Assembly: GCA_050742535.1 (NCBI GenBank)
Contig: JBOGIQ010000001.1
Coordinates: forward strand, 50-64,049
Direction: 5' to 3'
Length of the DNA stretch: 64,000 nt
Origin: Vicinamibacterales bacterium
GTDB lineage: Bacteria > Acidobacteriota > Vicinamibacteria > Vicinamibacterales > UBA2999
Shown: positions 51,610 through 61,182 of the stretch, piece after piece
Layout of the letters: each line of letters starts with the position of its first letter
How positions within the stretch are numbered: the first letter of the stretch is position 1
Position numbers and translations under genes: made by a program
The notes under the pieces: model-generated
What the model was told of the DNA's origin: nothing
The model's database searches: none
What the model saw: only the letters and a program-made list of their open reading frames with translations

Positions 51610-52841
51610 ACGCTGTGAATCGGGAACGACTTTGCGTACTTCTCAGGATCCCTGCCGTCGAACACGCCGTCGAAGAGCGTGATTTTCTGTTCCTCGGCGA
51701 CGCTGACCTTGACGCCGAGCTCTTTCATCGCCTCGAGGTACATGTCCGGACGCATCACGCGCTTCGGAATGGCGTTGTAATCCGGCGCGCCCTTCGTGAA
51801 GCCCCATCGCCGCAGCTGTGTCAGCCACCACTTCCCGTAGATCTGATGCGGGTAGTTGGTGTTGCGCTGCGAATAGATCATGTAGAACGGGTCCTGTTCG
51901 GAGCGGCCGTCGCCGTAGTCGTACTTGCCCATCAAGCGCTCGAGGATGATGGCCGGCGGGCAATTGATGTAGGTCGGCCGCGCGATCACCTCGGCAAACT
52001 TCGGCCGGTTTTCCATCTTGTCGAGATCGACGCTGGCCAGGTGCAGCGCTTTCAACACCGCCTTCACCGCTTTGGGGTTCTTCGTGGCGAAGTCCTCCGT
52101 GAACGCGCAGACCTTTTCCGGGTGGTCCTTCCACATCTGCTGTGTCGTGACGGCGGTGAAGCCGATGCCGTCCTCGATGGCGCGGTTGTTCCACGGCTCG
52201 CCGACGCAGAAGCCGTCCATCTTGTCGACCTTCATGTTCGCCACCATCTGCGCGGGCGGGATGGTGATCAGGCTGACGTCCTTGTCCGGATGAATCCCTC
52301 CCGAGGCGAGCCAGTAGCGGATCCACATCGCGTGGGTTCCCGGCGGGAAGGTCATCGCAAACGTCAGCGGCTCGCCGCTTGCCTTCGCTTTGTCGGCCAA
52401 TGGCTTTATCTGCGCGGGTTGTCTGACGCCCGCCTGTTTGAGCTTGTTGTTCAGCGTGATGGCCTGGCCGTTCCGGTTCAGCACCCACGGAATCACCATC
52501 GGCTTCACCGGCGAGCCGGCCAGCCCCATCGTCGAGGCGATGGGCATGCCGATCAGCATGTGCGTCGCGTGGTTCTCGCCGAGCGAGAGCTTGTCGCGGA
52601 TCACCGCCCACGATGCTTCCTTGGAGATCGTCGAGTCGATGCCGAACTTCTTGAAGTAGCCGAGCTCGTGCGCCATGACAATCGGTGCGCAGTCGGTGAG
52701 GGCGATCATCCCGAACCGCATCGCTTTGACTTCGGGCGAATCGTCCGCGTAGACGGAGCCGACCCACCCGGCAGGCAGCCCCGACATGAGCGTGGCAGCG
52801 GAACTGACGCCTGCCGCTTTGATAAACGTTCGTCTCTTCAT
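51600..52841 (-). CDS. nrtA: Nitrate ABC transporter substrate-binding protein (CmpA/NrtA family)
   Basis: Twin-arginine signal MKRRTFIKAAG. FGMIALTDCAPIVMAHELGYFKKFG is typical of NrtA. Confidence 0.8.
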   Translation of the reverse strand: MKRRTFIKAAGVSSAATLMSGLPAGWVGSVYADDSPEVKAMRFGMIALTDCAPIVMAHELGYFKKFGIDSTISKEASWAVIRDKLSLGENHATHMLIGMPIASTMGLAGSPVKPMVIPWVLNRNGQAITLNNKLKQAGVRQPAQIKPLADKAKASGEPLTFAMTFPPGTHAMWIRYWLASGGIHPDKDVSLITIPPAQMVANMKVDKMDGFCVGEPWNNRAIEDGIGFTAVTTQQMWKDHPEKVCAFTEDFATKNPKAVKAVLKALHLASVDLDKMENRPKFAEVIARPTYINCPPAIILERLMGKYDYGDGRSEQDPFYMIYSQRNTNYPHQIYGKWWLTQLRRWGFTKGAPDYNAIPKRVMRPDMYLEAMKELGVKVSVAEEQKITLFDGVFDGRDPEKYAKSFPIHSVAG

Positions 52842-52844
52842 CGA

Positions 52845-54206
52845 CTATTTCTCCGCAAGGAATACGTACGTGAGCATCACGTAGGGGTGGCTGTACGACG
52901 CGCCGGGCGTCGCTTCCTTCAGGAACCCGCCAGGGACGATGTGGGCGTACCCGGCCGCGGCCTGAAGCTGTGGCGTCAGCGCGCGGCTGACCTGGAAGTC
53001 GATCTCCTGGCCAACGTGTCGGTCGGCGGCGCCGGTTGCGACCCGCGCGAGCACCGCGCTGCCGGCGTTGTAGATGGCGTCGTTCGCCTCCGCCAGCCAC
53101 CACGAGTGGTAATTGGTCGTGAACGGCAGCCCTTTCAGCGGCGTGATTTCGAATCCCGCCCGGGCGTGATGCACGTTCTTCCACCCGATCTGATCGGCGA
53201 GGCCGTACTTATCGTGAGGCGTCGGATACAGCTGGTCGAACGTGCCGCGGACGTTGTCGGCCGGGTCCTCGTCGCCCGACGCGAAGTTGTATTCGCCGGT
53301 CAGTTTCACCGCGCCCGGGCCGGGGAGCGATTCGCGCAGCTGCCAGTGACCGGCCCACGCGCTGAGGTCATCCGTCCCGAGAGAGCCGCGCTGCAGCGCC
53401 ATTTCCACGCCGTAGTCGAGGCGCGCAGGGAGCTTCCCGGCGACCCGAACGCCGGTGGTCGTCTGCGTCAGTGTGCCGAGTCCGCCTGCTTCCGCGCGCA
53501 GGTTCACGTCGCGCTTGAACAGAACGTAGGGCTCGACCGTGGCGCCAGGAATCAGCTTCGCGGTTGTGCCGTAGACGCCTGCGAACCGGTTGCCATTACC
53601 GCTCTTGTCGAACTCGCCGTCGAGGATGCGCACGACGGACGCGGCGAAGACATCGACGGCGAAGGTTTTCGTTCGAACGGTGGTTTTGACACCGTCGAAC
53701 GTGCGGGCGGCGTTGAGCCAGCTGACGTGACCGATCAGGCGCTGTTCGCCGTAGACGAGTTCCTGCCGTCCGGCACGGACTGTAACCGGACCCGTTGACG
53801 AGCCCACGTCCGCGAAACCCATTCGCAGATCGATCGGCGCCTTGAACGGGGCTCCAGTCGGGCCCACTGTTTTCTTCGTGACGCGCGCGTCCTGCACCTG
53901 CGCTTGGAAGCTCAGTTGCTTCGACGGCGTCACGGTCGCGTTCAGACGCAGGCGGCTCAGCCAGTAGAGATCCTCACGCGTGGAGTTGAAGCCGAGCCCG
54001 TCGAATCCTTCGAGACGCTCGCGAAACTCGCCGCGCAGACGGAACCACTGAGGAAGAAGCTCGTTGGCGCGATTGAGGACGGGAGGTTTTGCGGCGACGC
54101 CTGGCGGTGCGGGTGCAGGCGGCTGCTGGGCGGCGGCGTTCAGCGGAACTGCGATGGATACGACAGTCAGACAGGCGCGGATCGCGCGGAGAGATCGATG
54201 GACCAT
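52845..54206 (-). CDS. Alginate-export-family outer-membrane porin
   Basis: The ATG at 54206 is preceded by GAAGGAG with a 5-nt spacer. Signal peptide present. WFRLRGEFRERLE and a beta-barrel-like repeat pattern. It is first in the nrt operon. Confidence 0.7.
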   Translation of the reverse strand: MVHRSLRAIRACLTVVSIAVPLNAAAQQPPAPAPPGVAAKPPVLNRANELLPQWFRLRGEFRERLEGFDGLGFNSTREDLYWLSRLRLNATVTPSKQLSFQAQVQDARVTKKTVGPTGAPFKAPIDLRMGFADVGSSTGPVTVRAGRQELVYGEQRLIGHVSWLNAARTFDGVKTTVRTKTFAVDVFAASVVRILDGEFDKSGNGNRFAGVYGTTAKLIPGATVEPYVLFKRDVNLRAEAGGLGTLTQTTTGVRVAGKLPARLDYGVEMALQRGSLGTDDLSAWAGHWQLRESLPGPGAVKLTGEYNFASGDEDPADNVRGTFDQLYPTPHDKYGLADQIGWKNVHHARAGFEITPLKGLPFTTNYHSWWLAEANDAIYNAGSAVLARVATGAADRHVGQEIDFQVSRALTPQLQAAAGYAHIVPGGFLKEATPGASYSHPYVMLTYVFLAEK

Positions 54207-54709
54207 GACGCTCCTTCTGTGTGCGATCGCACCGGCGCGGGTGGCGCGACGGTGGACCACCATGAGTGCGCCGAACGGGGCGCCGCAGTGAGGGCGTCAT
54301 GGCCTCAAGAGTCGAACGGGGATTCGTGCGGCGACGAAGCCGCGCCAGATCGACGAGCAAACGCTGTTCCGATGAAATCTGTGCGCAAAACGACGCGTCG
54401 CGGAATGGAGAGCAACAACTCCGTGGCTATGTCCACGCGTTTTCAACATTTATGTCGGGTGTATCCGCCAGGCGTGCGCTCGACCGGCTCCGGACGATCC
54501 GCGCGTCGAGCGCGGGGCCTTGTCAGCGTGATTCTTCGGCAACGGAATCATTCAAATATGTCGGCGCGATCGCGGTGAACCACACAAACGTCTGGCCTCA
54601 CCCTATTGCTCTCCGCGCCGCGGGTGTGTATCTTCGTTGTCGTGATGCGCGCCCGGACGCGCGCATCGATGACCTGCAGGCCCCGCCGCCTCTGTGACTT
54701 CCGCGTGTG

Positions 54710-54731
54710 GCTTCCGGCTTAAGCCGGAAGC
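54710..54731. repeat. Hairpin related to family E (GCTTCCGGC-TTAA-GCCGGAAGC)
   Basis: Perfect 9-bp stem in the nas leader region, flanked by CTTCCGC (54698-54704) and GCGGAAG (54742-54748). Confidence 0.8.
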
Positions 54732-54968
54732 TGCGAAAGGTGCGGAAGCGACGAGTTCAACGCTCCCAGTCGAGCCAGAGCTGTTTCTCCGACTGTTGGG
54801 GGCGCTGTGCCTTTACCGCTTCTCGAACGAGCCACACCCGACGGCCTCACATTTGCGTTAACGAAACGCAGTGCGGGTGCAAGCGCCCGGCATCTGAATC
54901 GCGCCGATATCAGCACTCCGCCTGCGTTGCGTCGCCGCTACGGCGAGACGCCCGCCGACGGCGGGCTC

Positions 54969-56468
54969 ATGCCGACGCGAGCGCCGTCGGCGGGCGAGCA
55001 GTACCGCTTCCACTTCGACATGACGAAGTGCATCGGTTGCAAGTGCTGCGTGGTGGCGTGCAACGAGCAGAACGGAAACCCGGCGGCAATCAACTGGCGG
55101 CGTGTTGGCGAGATCGAAGGCGGATGGTTCCCGAATACCACGCGCTCATATCTGTCGATGGGATGCAACCACTGTGTCGAGCCGTCGTGTCTCGAGGGCT
55201 GCCCGGTGGATGCCTACAGCAAGGATCCGGTGACCGGCATCGTGCGCCACAGCGCGGATGCGTGCATCGGCTGTCAGTACTGCACCTGGAACTGCTCGTA
55301 TGGGGTGCCGCAATACAACGCCGATCGTGGCGTCGTCGGCAAGTGCGACATGTGCCACGGCCGCCTTTCGCTTGGCCAGGCTCCGGCCTGTGTCAGCGCG
55401 TGTCCTGAGGGCGCCATCGCCATCGAGATCGTCAACATCGACGAGTGGCGGACCGCTGTGGTGGCAACGGACGTCCCCGAGCCCAGTCGAGGAATCACGT
55501 TCGCCGGCCTGCCCATCGCTGACGGCAGTCTGTCCACCACGCGAATCACCATGCCGGCGGACCTCGCGCCCAACACCAAGCCGCGCGATATCACCCACGT
55601 CAGGCCCGAACATCCGCACTGGCCGCTGGTGGTGATGACCGTGCTGACGCAGCTGTCGGTGGGCGCGTTCACGACGATCTGGCTGCTCCAGCTCGTTGGC
55701 GCCTCGTCGGGGCTCGGCGTCGCGGCGATGGCTTCTCTGCTCGTGGGCGCGCTCGCGTTGAACGCCTCGACGCTCCATCTCGGTCGTCCCGTGCATGCCT
55801 ACCGTGCGCTGCGGATGTGGCGGCGATCGTGGCTCAGCCGCGAAGTGCTTCTCTTCACGAGTTTCTCCCTCGTGGCCGGACTCTACGCAGCGCTGCTCTG
55901 GTTCGGTGGTGGCACCCCTGAAGGGGTGCCCTACGTGACGGGTGGCATGAGCGGGCGGCTGACAACAGCAGTGGGAGCGCTCACCGTTGCTCTCGGCATT
56001 GCGGGCGTCACCGCAAGCGCATGCATCTATCGCGTTCCATCACGTCCGGCCTGGAATACCCGCTACACGCTGCTCCAGTTCAACCTGACGGGTGCGCTGC
56101 TCGGCCCGCTGTTCGCGATGGCTGTTGGTGTTGGTGATCACCAGTGGCTCGCGATTGCAGCGGCGACGATGGCCGGCGCCCAGTTCGTGCTCCTGGCCGT
56201 CCGCTTCCTGCGTTGCATTGCATCGGACAGCCTCGAGCTGAAAGGAACGGCCCGGCTGCTCTCTACGGTATTTGCGAAGCACCTGGTCGCGCGAGGTGTC
56301 CTGCTGGCCGCCGGCGCCATTGTCCTACCCCTGATCGTCGCTCCGCCCGCGATCGCGTTGGCGTTGGCGGTGGGCGCGGAAATCCTCGGCCGCTATCTGT
56401 TCTTCGTCAGCGTCGTTCCGAAGCACATGGCGACGCCGTACGTCCCGGTGGAAGGCGAGGCCGCATGA
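54969..56468 (+). CDS. Fusion of a 4Fe-4S ferredoxin (DmsB-like) with a DmsC-like membrane anchor
   Basis: The cluster motifs are CIGCKCCVVAC, CNHCVEPSCLEGCP, CIGCQYCTWNC and CDMCHGR...C..ACP. About 8 hydrophobic segments follow. The start is uncertain (ATG 54969, or upstream GTG 54807). Confidence 0.7.
   Translation: MPTRAPSAGEQYRFHFDMTKCIGCKCCVVACNEQNGNPAAINWRRVGEIEGGWFPNTTRSYLSMGCNHCVEPSCLEGCPVDAYSKDPVTGIVRHSADACIGCQYCTWNCSYGVPQYNADRGVVGKCDMCHGRLSLGQAPACVSACPEGAIAIEIVNIDEWRTAVVATDVPEPSRGITFAGLPIADGSLSTTRITMPADLAPNTKPRDITHVRPEHPHWPLVVMTVLTQLSVGAFTTIWLLQLVGASSGLGVAAMASLLVGALALNASTLHLGRPVHAYRALRMWRRSWLSREVLLFTSFSLVAGLYAALLWFGGGTPEGVPYVTGGMSGRLTTAVGALTVALGIAGVTASACIYRVPSRPAWNTRYTLLQFNLTGALLGPLFAMAVGVGDHQWLAIAAATMAGAQFVLLAVRFLRCIASDSLELKGTARLLSTVFAKHLVARGVLLAAGAIVLPLIVAPPAIALALAVGAEILGRYLFFVSVVPKHMATPYVPVEGEAA
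55911..55935. repeat. REP-type hairpin, family C
   Basis: GGCACCCC TGAA GGGGTGCC CTACG with a perfect 8-bp stem, translated GTPEGVPYV. Confidence 0.9.
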
Positions 56469-58750
56469 GGAGTCGTAGTGTCCGCCTTCAGGCGGACGTG
56501 AAGCGCCTTATCGGCCTCGACACTCGCGCGGACGAGTACGCCTATGCCGTCGATCCGGACGCGGGGTACGTCTCGGCGCAGAAGGTCCCCGACCGGTGGG
56601 TGAAGACGACATGTGGGTACTGCTCCGTCGGCTGCGGCATGTTCATCGGCGTCAAGGACGGTCGTGCCGTGGCCGTGCGCGGCAACCCCGATCATCCGGT
56701 GAGCCGCGGTCTCCTGTGCCCGAAGGGGCTGTCCGAGCACCACACGATTGACGCCACCAACCGGGCCCGATACCCCCTTCTGAAGAAGAACGGCGGGATG
56801 GCGCGCGTGTCGTGGCCGGACGCGCTCGACACGATGGCCGCCAGGTTCCGGGACGTGCAGGCTCGTTACGGAAGCCAGTCGGTTGGCGTCATCAGCACGG
56901 GACAGCTCGTCACCGAGGAGTTCTACACGCTTGGAAAGCTGGTGCAGCTCGGCATCGGGACGCCGAATTACGACGGCAACACCACGCTGTGCATGTCCAC
57001 AGCGGTGGCCGGCTACAAGCGATCGTTCGGCAGCGACGGGCCGCCGGCCGCGTACGAAGACTTCGAGGTTGCCGATCTCATCCTGCTGATTGGCGCGAAC
57101 ATCGCCGACAACCACCCGATTCTGTGCCGTCGTCTGCAGTCGAATCCCGACAAGACGTTGATCGTGGTCGATCCACGCGTCACCAAGACGGCCATGCTCG
57201 CGGATCTGCATCTGCCGATCCGTCCGCGCGCCGATCTCGCGCTCATCAATGCCCTGATTCACGTCGTCATCGACAACGGCCTCATCGACCGCGAGTACGT
57301 CGAACGCCACACGACGGGTTTCGAGGAGCTGCGAGAGTCGGTGCGCGACTACACGCCACAGCACGCGGCCACCATCACCGGCCTCGCCCCCGAGGTGATT
57401 TATCGAACGGCCTGGCTCTACGCCAGCGCCGGGCGAGCGCTCATCGCCTGGACGATGGGCGTGAATCACAGCACCAAGGGCACCGAGACCGTCAACGCCA
57501 TCAACAACCTGGCGCTCATCACGGGCAACATCGGACGCGCCGGGGCGGCGCCGTTCTCCATCACCGGCCAGTGCAACGCGATGGGAACACGGGAGGCCGG
57601 TTTCGCCTCGAGCCTGCCCGGCTACCGCAAGTTCGAGAGCGAGACGGACCGTGCCGAGCTTGCAGCGATCTGGAACGTGCCGGTGGAGCGGATTCCTTCC
57701 GCCCGCGGCCTCGCCTATCCGGACATCATCGAGGCCGCCCTTGAAAAGCGGATCCGCGCGCTGTGGATCATTGCCACCAATCCGATCGTTTCTTTCCCGA
57801 ATCTTGGCGTTCTCCAGCAGGCGCTCGAAGGGCTCGAGTTCCTCGTCGTCCAGGACGGTTTCCATCCGACGCCGACGTCGGCGTACGCGGATCTCGTGCT
57901 GCCTGCCGCCATCTGGGGTGAGAAGGACGGGACCTACACCAACTCCGAGCGCCGGGTCAGCAAGGCCAATAAGGCCGTGGATCCGCCGGGTGAGGCGAAG
58001 GCCGACTTCGAGATTTTCCTCGGGCTTGCGGATGCGCTCGGGGTTCGCGAGGAGCTGTTCCCTGGATGGACGACGGCAGGCGACGCGTTCGAGGAATGGA
58101 AGCGCGTGTCGGCCGGCCGTCTCTGCGATTACTCCGGGATGACCTACGACGCGATCGAGGAACACGGTGGCATCCAGTGGCCGTTTCCCGACGGGGCCGC
58201 GGATCCGACGGAGTGCCGCCGCCTCTACGCCGACGGAATCTTTCAGACCGACGACGGCAGGGCGCGGTTGCTGCCGGTGGCGTGGGAACCGTTTCCCGAA
58301 CAGCCAACACCGGCGTTTCCGTTCGTGCTCAACACCGGCCGGACCGTCGAGCACTGGCACACGCGCACGAAAACCGCGAACGTGCCGATCCTCGAGCACC
58401 TCTCGCCGAACGCCTGGCTCGAGATGAACCCGCGCGACGCCAGAGGCCTCGGCCTCAAGGCGCACGATCGCGTTGACCTCGTCTCGCAGCGGGGCAGGGT
58501 GCGGAACGTCGAACTCCGGGTGACCGAGACGATCGCTCCAGGCCAGGTCTTCGTGCCGTTCCACTACGCCGAAGCCAATGCCAATCAGGTGACGCAGAGC
58601 GCGTTCGATCCGATTTCGCGCGAGCCGAACTACAAGCAGGCCGCCGTACGGGTGGAAAGAGCAGATGGGATCAGGGATCAGGGATCAGGGATCCGTTCTT
58701 CCCGATCCCCGATCCCTGATCCCCGATCCCCGCATGGAGCCGCCCGATGA
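56465..58750 (+). CDS. nasA: Assimilatory-type nitrate reductase catalytic subunit (molybdopterin oxidoreductase)
   Basis: KTTCGYCSVGCGM...GLLCPKG is an N-terminal 4Fe-4S motif, and TGQCNAMGTRE is also present. No twin-arginine motif. The ATGA overlaps the upstream gene (GTG 56498 is the alternative start). The C-terminal ~30 aa are encoded by a repeat hairpin. Confidence 0.75.
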   Translation: MRSRSVRLQADVKRLIGLDTRADEYAYAVDPDAGYVSAQKVPDRWVKTTCGYCSVGCGMFIGVKDGRAVAVRGNPDHPVSRGLLCPKGLSEHHTIDATNRARYPLLKKNGGMARVSWPDALDTMAARFRDVQARYGSQSVGVISTGQLVTEEFYTLGKLVQLGIGTPNYDGNTTLCMSTAVAGYKRSFGSDGPPAAYEDFEVADLILLIGANIADNHPILCRRLQSNPDKTLIVVDPRVTKTAMLADLHLPIRPRADLALINALIHVVIDNGLIDREYVERHTTGFEELRESVRDYTPQHAATITGLAPEVIYRTAWLYASAGRALIAWTMGVNHSTKGTETVNAINNLALITGNIGRAGAAPFSITGQCNAMGTREAGFASSLPGYRKFESETDRAELAAIWNVPVERIPSARGLAYPDIIEAALEKRIRALWIIATNPIVSFPNLGVLQQALEGLEFLVVQDGFHPTPTSAYADLVLPAAIWGEKDGTYTNSERRVSKANKAVDPPGEAKADFEIFLGLADALGVREELFPGWTTAGDAFEEWKRVSAGRLCDYSGMTYDAIEEHGGIQWPFPDGAADPTECRRLYADGIFQTDDGRARLLPVAWEPFPEQPTPAFPFVLNTGRTVEHWHTRTKTANVPILEHLSPNAWLEMNPRDARGLGLKAHDRVDLVSQRGRVRNVELRVTETIAPGQVFVPFHYAEANANQVTQSAFDPISREPNYKQAAVRVERADGIRDQGSGIRSSRSPIPDPRSPHGAAR
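56474..56497. repeat. REP-type hairpin, family A
   Basis: CGTAGT GTCCGCC TTCA GGCGGAC, between the ATG at 56465 and the GTG at 56498, translated RSVRLQAD. Confidence 0.9.
58667..58730. repeat. Heptamer repeat hairpin (GGGATCA x4 paired with YGATCCC x4)
   Basis: 58667-58693 pairs with 58704-58730, giving 27 bp with two A-C mismatches and a 10-nt loop. It lies inside the nasA reading frame, 17 nt upstream of the nirB ATG. Confidence 0.9.
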
Positions 58751-61182
58751 CGCGACTCGTCGTCGTCGGCAACGGCATGGCGGGCATGGCGTGCCTCGAG
58801 CAGATCCTCAAGTACGCGCCGCGTTTCGCGATCACCGTGTTCGGTGACGAGACGCACGTGAACTACAACCGGATCATGCTGTCGTCCGTCCTGGCCGGCG
58901 AAAAGGCCGCGGACGACATCGTCCTGAATCCGATCGAGTGGTATCAGCGGCACAACATCGATCTGCGTGTCGGCGTGCGCATCGTGGGCGTCGACGCGGA
59001 CGCGAAGACCGTGACCGGCAGCGACGGCAGCGTCACGCCCTACGACGCCTTGCTGCTCGCCACGGGCAGCTCCGCCTGGCTGCCGCCAATCGACGGCGTC
59101 GAGAAGGACGGCGTGTTCGTCTTCCGCACGCTCGACGACACCCGCGCGCTGCTGGAGCGGGCGGGGCCAGGCGTCAAGGCCGTGGTGATCGGCGGTGGCC
59201 TGCTTGGCCTCGAAGCCGCGCGCGGGCTGCAGGTGCAGGGCTGCGACGTCACCGTCGTCCACTTGATGTCGACGTTGATGGAGCGTCAGCTCGATCCCGA
59301 CGGCGGCTACTACCTGCTCGGCAAGATGGAAGAGCTGGGGATCCGCGTGCTGCTCGGGCGGACGACGACGGCGATTCTTGGCAACGGGCATGTCGAGGGC
59401 GTCGCGCTGTCCGACGACACCTGCATGGACGCCGACCTGGTCGTGGTGGCCGCCGGCATCCGGCCCAATATCGACCTCGCACTCAACGGTGGAATCGCGG
59501 CGAATCGCGGAATCCTCGTCAACGACTACATGGAGACGTCGCACCCCGACATCTACGCGGTTGGCGAGTGCGTCGAGCATCGCGGCGTCTGCTACGGGCT
59601 GGTGGCTCCGCTCTACGAGCAGGGGAAAGTGCTCGCGGCGACGATCACCGGCAATCGCGGACCTGCGTACGAAGGCACGGTGCAGGCGGCGAAGCTCAAG
59701 ATCATGGGCGTCGACGTGTTCTCCGCCGGCGATTGGAGCGAGCAGAACGCGGAGCCGGTCCGGTTCGAGGATCGTGCATTAGGCATCTACAAGAAGCTGA
59801 CGGTGCGCGACGGCAGGCTGGTCGGCGCCATCCTGGTCGGCGATACGTCCGACAGCCATCGCTACATGGAGTGGCTGCGCGGCAGCGCGGACATCAGCGC
59901 GCAGCGCAAGCATCTGCTGTTTCCGCCGCCGTCTCCGGACGCAGGCCTCGACATCGCGCAGATGGCGGACGGCGAGACCGTTTGCGGCTGCCTCGGCGTC
60001 ACGAAGGGCACGATCATCGCCGCGATTCACGAGCAGGGCGTCAACTCGCTCTCGCAGCTCAAGGAGTGCACGCGCGCAAGCACGAGCTGCGGCAGCTGCA
60101 CGAGTCTCTGCCAGGGTCTGCTGCGTGCCGTGGCGCCGGAATTCGAGGACGAGCGGAAGACGGTCATCTGCGCCTGCGTGCCGTTTGCCGAAGACCAGCT
60201 GCGCGACATCCTCCGCAGCCAGAAGCTGCGTGCCGTCCAGGACGTGCTCGAGATCTACGGCAACGGCGTTGGCTGCGAAGTCTGCAAGCCGGCGCTCAGC
60301 TACATGCTCGACATGCTCTGGTGCGGCGACCACGAGGAAGACCGGTCGGCGCGGTTCATCAACGACCGTGTCCACGCCAACATCCAGAAGGACGGGACCT
60401 TCTCCGTCATCCCACGCATCCATGGCGGCGTGACGTCGGCGGATCAATTACGGCGCATCGCTGACGTCGCGGACAAATACAAGGTGCCGATGGTGAAGAT
60501 CACCGGCAGCCAGCGCATCGATCTGCTCGGCATCAAGAAGGCCGACCTCCCGAAGGTCTGGGCCGACCTCGGCATGCCGTCCGGCCAGGCGTACACCAAG
60601 GGCGTCCGCATGGTGAAGACGTGCGTGGGCACCGATTTCTGCCGATTCGGCACGCAGGATTCGACGTCCGCCGGCGTCGAGATGGAGCGGCGGTTCGAGC
60701 ACCTGTTCACGCCGCACAAAGTGAAGATGGCCGCCGTCGGCTGCCCGCGGAACTGCGCGGAAGCGACGGTCAAGGACATCGGTCTCGTTGGCGTCGAAGG
60801 CGGATGGCAGGTTGTCGTCGGCGGCGCGGCAGGGAAGTCCGTGCGCAAGGCCGATCTGCTGACGACCGTGGAGACGACGGCACAGGCGCTGGAAGCGTCC
60901 GAGCTGTTCTTCCAGTACTACCGGGAGAACGCGAATTACCTGGAGCGCACCTACGACTTCGTCGAGCGGCTGGGCATCGAGAAGGTCCGCAAGGAGACCG
61001 TCTATGCCCCCGACGCCGTGCGCGACGCGCTGCTCGATCGGCTGCGCAAGTCCAAGGCACGGTCGCGCGACGCGTGGCAGGAAGGGATCGACCCGAAGAC
61101 GCCGGCACAGTTCATCCCCCTAATTCCACTCGATCCCGTGGAGTCCGGCTTTAGCCGGATCATGCCGGAGACGACCGCATGA
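58747..61182 (+). CDS. nirB: NAD(P)H-dependent nitrite reductase large subunit
   Basis: MTRLVVVGNGMAGMA marks the FAD/NAD domains. A BFD-like 2Fe-2S region and a sirohaem/4Fe-4S domain (CVGTDFCRFG...CPRNCAE) follow. Confidence 0.9.
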   Translation: MTRLVVVGNGMAGMACLEQILKYAPRFAITVFGDETHVNYNRIMLSSVLAGEKAADDIVLNPIEWYQRHNIDLRVGVRIVGVDADAKTVTGSDGSVTPYDALLLATGSSAWLPPIDGVEKDGVFVFRTLDDTRALLERAGPGVKAVVIGGGLLGLEAARGLQVQGCDVTVVHLMSTLMERQLDPDGGYYLLGKMEELGIRVLLGRTTTAILGNGHVEGVALSDDTCMDADLVVVAAGIRPNIDLALNGGIAANRGILVNDYMETSHPDIYAVGECVEHRGVCYGLVAPLYEQGKVLAATITGNRGPAYEGTVQAAKLKIMGVDVFSAGDWSEQNAEPVRFEDRALGIYKKLTVRDGRLVGAILVGDTSDSHRYMEWLRGSADISAQRKHLLFPPPSPDAGLDIAQMADGETVCGCLGVTKGTIIAAIHEQGVNSLSQLKECTRASTSCGSCTSLCQGLLRAVAPEFEDERKTVICACVPFAEDQLRDILRSQKLRAVQDVLEIYGNGVGCEVCKPALSYMLDMLWCGDHEEDRSARFINDRVHANIQKDGTFSVIPRIHGGVTSADQLRRIADVADKYKVPMVKITGSQRIDLLGIKKADLPKVWADLGMPSGQAYTKGVRMVKTCVGTDFCRFGTQDSTSAGVEMERRFEHLFTPHKVKMAAVGCPRNCAEATVKDIGLVGVEGGWQVVVGGAAGKSVRKADLLTTVETTAQALEASELFFQYYRENANYLERTYDFVERLGIEKVRKETVYAPDAVRDALLDRLRKSKARSRDAWQEGIDPKTPAQFIPLIPLDPVESGFSRIMPETTA
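61141..61160. repeat. REP-type hairpin, family E
   Basis: GAGTCCGGCTTTAGCCGGAT, translated ESGFSRI in the NirB tail. Confidence 0.85.

Noticed and set aside
50853-53798. 981-aa plus-strand ORF across the nrtB, nrtA and porin genes
   Set aside because: It is antisense to three genes with clear family signatures. Its composition (R, A, G, D, H rich) and lack of any recognisable motif indicate an artefact. The same reasoning applies to 26648-28675, 38458-40173, 56393-58564, 8773-10245 and similar ORFs.
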